A stretch of 64,000 nt of DNA, from positions 61,903 through 125,902 of the forward strand of contig JAZSMH010000031.1 in the NCBI GenBank assembly GCA_045535785.1, read 5' to 3'. Under the pieces are notes generated by a model that saw nothing but the letters and a program-made list of their open reading frames with translations, was not told where the DNA came from and ran no database searches. This document shows positions 57,918 to 64,000 of this stretch, one piece after another. Origin of the DNA: Clostridia bacterium (GTDB lineage: Bacteria > Bacillota > Clostridia > Christensenellales > DTU072). A program made the position numbers and the translations under genes. Positions within the stretch are counted from its first letter, which is position 1. Every line of letters starts with the position of its first letter.

Positions 57918-60900
57918 ATGCGTACGAAGAAAAGATTTTCTGTCATCTTTCTAATACTTGTTCTTATTGCAAGTTTTTCTATTTTTATGGTTGCTTGTGA
58001 TGAAGAGGGTGGTGGGGAATACCCGATAACAAAACTAGTTATCAGTACTTTACCCAAAACCGAATATTACATGGGAGATAAATTTGAATTGGGCAATGCT
58101 CAACTCACGGTTTATTATGAAAATGACACCAAAGAAACTGTAGATTTAACTCTCAACATGGTGTCCGAATTTTCTACAACCAGTATAGGTGAACAAACGC
58201 TCACGATAAAATACAAAGAAGCGGTCGCTTATCTTACCGTTAACGTAATAAGTGCGCCCGTGTATTCGCTACAAGTTGAATCCGTTGAACATAAGACAGA
58301 ATACGTTGTCGGAGAACAACTTAACGTAGATGGACTCAAAATATTAGTTACTTACTCAAATGGCTATACCTCCGTAGTTGACGTAACAGCTGATATGGTA
58401 ACGGGTTTTAATACGGAATCAACTGGTGAAAAACAGATAGTTATTTCTTACGGCAATAGAACTTGTAATATGGCAATTCGGGTTGTAAGACGTTCGGTTA
58501 TGCAAATGCAATTAGTAGCACCCGAAAAGTTAGACTATATAGTGGGCGATGAAATAGATTTAGGAGGAGGCCAATTATTCGTATCATACAACGATAACAC
58601 GAGTGAGTATATCAATTTAGTTGATTTATACAGTGCTGGCGATTTAGGAATCGTCATAGCAGGAGAAGAAAGTACTACGTTTACGAGAAGTCAACTTTCT
58701 TGTGTGGTGACCTTGTATTACAGTGATCGCACTTTTTCGTATGCAGTTGTAGTCGATGCTAAAAAGGCAACGTCAGCTGCAGTTACAAACGACGTTAAAT
58801 CTCAAATTTTTGAATCGGCGGCACCTGATTTTAGCGACGGCATTATTACCATAACCTATAACAACGGTGAGGTAGCGAAAAAAGGGTTTTATGATGACGG
58901 TATAGTGCTTAACCTAGAGCAATTTGATATCAATAGACTTGGCGTTTATGACATAGGTATAAATGCCGATGGATTATACTTTGAGCACAAAGTGGAGGTT
59001 ATTTCTGCAAGTCCTTCCGAATTGGTGATAATTCCTAGTCGTAACACCTTCTATCAGGATGAAGTGATTGACGTTACGGAGTGGCAATACCAAATTAAAC
59101 TTAATAATGGAAAATTCAATTTAATATCCAGCACTGGAAGTTATTATGCGAACGTGACGGAGAATATGTTTGTCGGTAAAATTGAAGAAATAGACAATTA
59201 CAACGTGGGCAAACAAAAATTCGCCTTTACGATAACGATGACGGACAATACCGTTTTGAATGCGAACGTAGAAATAGAAATACTCGCAAAGGAAATAGTA
59301 GATGCTATTGTTACACCGCCGACAAAAACTGTCTATAGCGTAGGTGACGTAATAAGCTTAAGTGGAGCAAAGCTTGTTGTAACGTATAACAATGGTGACG
59401 TAAGCGACGAAATTGAATTAACGTCTGATATGTTGGTTGATGCCAATGGAGAAAGTGCTGATCTTAACTCTTTTACTAACGGCGTACACGACAAGTTGAC
59501 GCTTCACGTTAATTACAAAGATGATAGATACGCTACGTCTATCATTACTAGTTTTGATATAAAAGTAATAAAGAAAGCTATTTCTTTAGAAATAATATCT
59601 CAACCTAAATCAAATTACGTGCTAGGTGAAGCATTCGATGATAGCGATTGGCAGGTAATTATTCGATATAGTGACGAAAGCACGGTTACCATTAATGAAT
59701 TTGACGGTGTAGAATGGACATTTGATAACGTAGTTTTTGACGAACTGGGTACTAGAAAAATTCGTCTTTACTATGGAGCAGACGTTTACGTAGAATATGC
59801 AGTAACGGTTAGTAACGAGATAAGTAGAATTTATACAGATAGACCATTCATAGGATTTGTTACTGAAGGGAAAGCGATTGATTATAGTGGTGTAAAGCTT
59901 AACGTTATTAGAGAAAATGGTGAATTAGCTCGTATAGATATATCTGCAGATATGTCTAATTACGTACCCAACAAGACTTTTGTACCTAATTCATATTCTT
60001 ACGTGCCAGCATTTGTAGATGCTTCTGAATTAGCAAAGGAAGATCATATTTCAAACAATTGGGCAACGTCATATTTATCTTACTATGTAAGAACAAATAA
60101 TGGGTACGCTAGCGCAAGCGTAGATTATAACGAAGAAGAAATTTATTACGCATCGGTAACGGAATATTATAGTGAAAATTGGAATGAAGTTTATTACAAT
60201 TTCTACGTTTATGATAGTGAAAAACTTTGCTATCTAAGAGCAAGTGAACAATTTGATGCAAATCAAGAGTACTATTTGGCTTCTAGTAATATTTACGACG
60301 TAAACGTTACTTATTTAAATAAGACGGTAGTGATTAAAGCGTTCGTGGAATCAAAAAAGATAAACAGCGTATCCGTAAGCGGAATAGGACAAAGATATAT
60401 TGTGTCTAATGATGATTGGGATATGGATGAAGCTGAAGTAACGGTTAATTTTAACAATAATACGACGAAGGTGGTATTTGGATCTGATCTAAGTCAACTA
60501 AACGGTAGCACGTATTCATTTGTAAACAATGGAATGACGTACGTTCTAAATGTGGGAATTTTTGATGGAAATGAATTTGTTGAATTCACTTTGGACGAAT
60601 TCATTGATAGATTTGAAACGAGCAACGATCAATATCAAACAGAAAACTTAGTTATTAGAGTAGAAGACTATGCTACTAGCAAGCAATACTTCACCAATGA
60701 CAATGCGGTATACTGTTTTGAAAATCTAGTAAAATCTATAGTCGCCGTTATTGGTGATTATGACGGAACGGAAGTGCTCACGTATCAAGATCAAAAGGTA
60801 TACGTTAATGCTGGACTTGACTTGTTTGAAAAAGCATTCGTTATTGCTGACGATAGTCAAAGAGTTGATTTTGAAAGCAACGTTTATTTGAGTATTTCGT

Positions 60901-63900
60901 ATGAAAATGGTACTAACGACTTTATTTCCGTAAAAGATGCAACTGGCGTTAACGGCTTTGAAATGAGCGGTTTTGATACCTCAAAAGCAGGTGCTCAAAT
61001 AATAAAGATTACTCATTTGCTTAGCGAATGTACGTTGGCGCTTGAAGTTAGACCTAACGTTATTAAAAGCTTGCATATTGGCGAACAAAGTATAACAGTT
61101 ATCGAAGGGGTTGCTCTGCAATCTGGTGACGTTACGATTACGGCAACGATGGTTGATGCGGACGGAATGTCAATAGACGGAGAGGTTGCGGTAGACTTAC
61201 TGGACGTAGTAGGTAATTATGATCATATTCAAGAAATTACTTTTAGCAATAAGGATGAAAACGGATATTATTCGTTACAAGAATTCAAAGTAAGCTATGG
61301 CAGTGTAGTTTCTAATTCCGTACAACTTATCGTTCGCAAAAAATCATTGATTGGTGTATCAATGAAGGATATGCCTAAACAAATTTATATTGAGGACGCA
61401 ACCGGAAATACAAGTATTGATTACACCGATGGTTCAATCATGTTATTGTACAACAATGGAACGAACAAAACCGTTAGTTTGACCGATGCAAGCGTAAAGA
61501 TAGATGCATCTGAATTTAATGCTAATCTAGAATTAACGGGAGCAGGACAACAATCTCAAACGATAAGAATTAGCTATACGGATGAGAATAACATTACGCA
61601 CAACACGCAATACAACGTTATAATCAAAGATAGGAAATATCTAGCTATCACTTTTGAAGATTTGCCTACTGACAATAAATATAATTATCAATACGGAACT
61701 GGCGAAAATGCAGGTCCCAAATATTCTATTTCTTATTATCAATCTTTCGACGGTGAAAGTTTGAATATGTCTAGAGGTGAAGGTAAAGACGGCGCGTATA
61801 AGCTAACCTATATCAACAATGCTACGGGATATGCCCAAACAGAATGGCCGACAGAAGTGGGTATTTATACCTTGAATTTTTCTTACGATGGTGATACCAT
61901 CAACAATGAGTTTTTTGACGACTCTATCGTTGTGGAGATTCTACGTAAAGAGATTGCTATCAAAGTAAGCGATCACGATCTTGTGTACGGTGATATTTTT
62001 GTTGGCGCGACTAATGCTGATATTGGTTTTGAATGGAAAATGCAAGGTATTGTTAACGGTGTTCTTACCGACAACCCTTATTGTTATGAAGACACTGTTG
62101 ACAGCGTGGTAGAACATGTAGAATTCGATGTACTCAATACTCTAGGTTCAAAAATCATATTCAAAAGCCTTACTGTCAATAACGTTGCTAAGTTCGTTAT
62201 TAATGCCAACGTTGGTGAATACGTCATCGTGCCTAAAATCACGTTAAAGTCAGACAATTATTTTGTTTCCACAACTTATACAAATGTTAATGCAAAATTA
62301 ACCATTAACAAGAGAGAGATAATCGTTGTTGCTGACGATACTTTCAAAATTTACGGCAGTAATAACCCTGAATTCAAATATGAAGTTTATGACTATGCGC
62401 AAATAGTAGAATATCTTTTAAGCAATGGAGAAATCAGCGATGAAAGCGAATTAAGCCAAAATAAACTTCAATCAATAGATTTTGAGTCAATCAAGAGTGC
62501 TCAAAATCGTGTTTTACCATTCGGTAATCAAAATAGATTGCACTATTTCTTTGACGAAGATTACTCCCATCTCTATAATGGAGAAGACTTCAATATAGTA
62601 GAACAAAGCACGATATATAGCGATAATGCTATTGCACAGTATAGACTTACCAGACCGATTAGTGATAATGAAAACGTTGGTGAACACGTTATTTATGGTG
62701 GTGATAACAATATATTGACCAATTATTCTATCTACTTTGTTAATGGTATTTTGAATATCGGTAAAGCTGATTTGGCAGTTGGCGGTGCTGATCTTAATAG
62801 GTATTACGGTACTATATTTGCTGAACCGAATTATTCAATAGCAGGGAATACAACTTTAAAATATTTCGATTCATTTAGTGAATTGTTTGGTGATTACTTC
62901 GACGTAGAAGATGTCATATTCTATAATGACACAGAAAAAACGTTTGCAAGAGAAATTACTGATAATTATTATGATTCATGGAGTGTGCTTTATAAGAACG
63001 TTAGGATTTATTCTGACAAAGAATGCACAATTGAAGCAGGTGAGTTTTTAGAAAATATTACGTTCAACATTGCTGGCGTACAGTATTTTGGATCGTATGC
63101 GGCGCTACCTATTGATATAGCGGTTGGAGAATATTATGCCGTTATTGATTTTACTAACATCGATTTACACAATTATACGGTTGAACAATATACTAAGGAC
63201 AGCAATAAGTATGCATTTACAATTACTATACAACAAGTAGAAGTTGACATCAACGTAGAGTCAATTATTGTGTCAGAAAACGAATACGTAACGGATGATA
63301 ATTCGAGATATTTAAGTTCTTATTTTAAATTTGAATCTAACGGACTTAACGTTATGAATTTGTCACGCGCTGATTTAATTAATGAGCAATTCATAGATGA
63401 ATTATTCAAAGATAAAATTATTGAAGTTGCATATAAGGATAAGGACGGCAACCCAGTTAATTACGTCTTGAGCGATACTTATTTAATGGATAACTACAAA
63501 TTCTATAAAAAATCATTAAACAATATTGGAGCGGATGAAAAGGTAACAGCAGATGGATTATCGAGAGCAGGAACATACACGATTGGAATTACTGCTAGTT
63601 CTGATGATACAGTTGAGAATTATGTAATAGCGCTAACCAGTAAATTTGTTGAGCATAATCAAAACTACGTAGATTTCTTCCATAATATATGGGGCTTAAG
63701 ATACGATATAAACAAATTGCAAGATGAAAACGTGTCTTTTGCTACTGATGCATATATGATAGTTCTACCAACATATGCAAACGTTGCTTATGGTAATGGA
63801 GCGTATGATTTACACCAAGAAGTATACAATAGAGTAAGTTATGAAAATTGGACACTCGATACGTATAGGAACATTAACGGTAGTGATTACGTTGAATACA

Positions 63901-64000
63901 ATGAAAATGGTATATCTTTTACAATAGCCAATAAAGATGAATTAATGAATAGTTTAAGCTATATGGTTGTAGGAGAATACGACGGCGTTATGACGTATTC
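57918..64000 (+). CDS. Giant surface lipoprotein, 3'-truncated by the window edge (over 2027 codons): tandem Ig-like (Big_3-like) repeats followed by MBG-like modules
   Basis: This ORF is not in the ORF track. ATG 57918 follows GGAGG (57905-57909). I translated the whole stretch by hand and found no in-frame stop to nt 64000. The lipobox is LIASFSIFMVAC. Repeat units look like LPKTEYYMGDKFELGNAQLTVYYENDTKETVDL...GEQTLTIKY. Later sections read KVSDHDLVYGDIF, VVADDTFKIYGSNNPEFKYEV and NYSIYFVNGILNIGKADL. Confidence 0.85.
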   Translation, partial: MRTKKRFSVIFLILVLIASFSIFMVACDEEGGGEYPITKLVISTLPKTEYYMGDKFELGNAQLTVYYENDTKETVDLTLNMVSEFSTTSIGEQTLTIKYKEAVAYLTVNVISAPVYSLQVESVEHKTEYVVGEQLNVDGLKILVTYSNGYTSVVDVTADMVTGFNTESTGEKQIVISYGNRTCNMAIRVVRRSVMQMQLVAPEKLDYIVGDEIDLGGGQLFVSYNDNTSEYINLVDLYSAGDLGIVIAGEESTTFTRSQLSCVVTLYYSDRTFSYAVVVDAKKATSAAVTNDVKSQIFESAAPDFSDGIITITYNNGEVAKKGFYDDGIVLNLEQFDINRLGVYDIGINADGLYFEHKVEVISASPSELVIIPSRNTFYQDEVIDVTEWQYQIKLNNGKFNLISSTGSYYANVTENMFVGKIEEIDNYNVGKQKFAFTITMTDNTVLNANVEIEILAKEIVDAIVTPPTKTVYSVGDVISLSGAKLVVTYNNGDVSDEIELTSDMLVDANGESADLNSFTNGVHDKLTLHVNYKDDRYATSIITSFDIKVIKKAISLEIISQPKSNYVLGEAFDDSDWQVIIRYSDESTVTINEFDGVEWTFDNVVFDELGTRKIRLYYGADVYVEYAVTVSNEISRIYTDRPFIGFVTEGKAIDYSGVKLNVIRENGELARIDISADMSNYVPNKTFVPNSYSYVPAFVDASELAKEDHISNNWATSYLSYYVRTNNGYASASVDYNEEEIYYASVTEYYSENWNEVYYNFYVYDSEKLCYLRASEQFDANQEYYLASSNIYDVNVTYLNKTVVIKAFVESKKINSVSVSGIGQRYIVSNDDWDMDEAEVTVNFNNNTTKVVFGSDLSQLNGSTYSFVNNGMTYVLNVGIFDGNEFVEFTLDEFIDRFETSNDQYQTENLVIRVEDYATSKQYFTNDNAVYCFENLVKSIVAVIGDYDGTEVLTYQDQKVYVNAGLDLFEKAFVIADDSQRVDFESNVYLSISYENGTNDFISVKDATGVNGFEMSGFDTSKAGAQIIKITHLLSECTLALEVRPNVIKSLHIGEQSITVIEGVALQSGDVTITATMVDADGMSIDGEVAVDLLDVVGNYDHIQEITFSNKDENGYYSLQEFKVSYGSVVSNSVQLIVRKKSLIGVSMKDMPKQIYIEDATGNTSIDYTDGSIMLLYNNGTNKTVSLTDASVKIDASEFNANLELTGAGQQSQTIRISYTDENNITHNTQYNVIIKDRKYLAITFEDLPTDNKYNYQYGTGENAGPKYSISYYQSFDGESLNMSRGEGKDGAYKLTYINNATGYAQTEWPTEVGIYTLNFSYDGDTINNEFFDDSIVVEILRKEIAIKVSDHDLVYGDIFVGATNADIGFEWKMQGIVNGVLTDNPYCYEDTVDSVVEHVEFDVLNTLGSKIIFKSLTVNNVAKFVINANVGEYVIVPKITLKSDNYFVSTTYTNVNAKLTINKREIIVVADDTFKIYGSNNPEFKYEVYDYAQIVEYLLSNGEISDESELSQNKLQSIDFESIKSAQNRVLPFGNQNRLHYFFDEDYSHLYNGEDFNIVEQSTIYSDNAIAQYRLTRPISDNENVGEHVIYGGDNNILTNYSIYFVNGILNIGKADLAVGGADLNRYYGTIFAEPNYSIAGNTTLKYFDSFSELFGDYFDVEDVIFYNDTEKTFAREITDNYYDSWSVLYKNVRIYSDKECTIEAGEFLENITFNIAGVQYFGSYAALPIDIAVGEYYAVIDFTNIDLHNYTVEQYTKDSNKYAFTITIQQVEVDINVESIIVSENEYVTDDNSRYLSSYFKFESNGLNVMNLSRADLINEQFIDELFKDKIIEVAYKDKDGNPVNYVLSDTYLMDNYKFYKKSLNNIGADEKVTADGLSRAGTYTIGITASSDDTVENYVIALTSKFVEHNQNYVDFFHNIWGLRYDINKLQDENVSFATDAYMIVLPTYANVAYGNGAYDLHQEVYNRVSYENWTLDTYRNINGSDYVEYNENGISFTIANKDELMNSLSYMVVGEYDGVMTY

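Noticed and set aside
1-64000. Alternative genetic code (UGA=Trp, as in Mollicutes and some reduced Bacilli) given the low GC
   Set aside because: All conserved proteins read full-length under the standard code, with Trp encoded by TGG (for example WCGPC in thioredoxin). At least murG terminates at TGA at the expected C-terminus.

Overview
AT-rich chromosomal segment (roughly one-third G+C by eye, not computed) from a low-GC Bacillota (Firmicutes)-type bacterium using the standard genetic code. The backbone is housekeeping, almost all on the + strand, in synteny blocks familiar from Bacillus: dprA-topA-trmFO-hslV-hslU-hisS-trx, nifS-nifU; rpmB divergent from asp23(yloU)-yloV-recG; thrS, then promoter, L20 leader and infC-rpmI-rplT; trmH-like-yebC-proA; pfkA-pfp-(membrane protein)-typA-(membrane protein). 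There is a tRNA Gly-Cys-Leu cluster and one short minus-strand block (murG plus an unknown bitopic protein). Two loci of giant surface proteins sit between these blocks. Locus A (14041-26957) holds two tandem paralogous lipoproteins of 2277 and 2025 aa, built from BspA-type leucine-rich repeats and Listeria-Bacteroides repeats. Locus B (47262 to beyond the window end) holds a 3076-aa MBG/YDG-repeat protein with a C-terminal TM anchor, a 399-aa partner that shares its C-terminal module, and a third giant lipoprotein ORF (57918->64000). That third ORF has more than 2000 codons, is still open at the window edge, and is absent from the supplied ORF track. With an 878-aa GLUG-motif lipoprotein, surface proteins occupy about half of the window. 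Other points: a GC-rich 40-nt imperfect direct repeat of unknown function downstream of the tRNA cluster, a degenerate HisRS/HisZ-like paralog, adjacent ATP-type and PPi-type phosphofructokinases, and an L20-leader attenuator with a probable AUU start for infC. I recognised no transposase, integrase, cas gene, CRISPR array or known defence genes. Domain names come from motif recognition by eye and need HMM confirmation.
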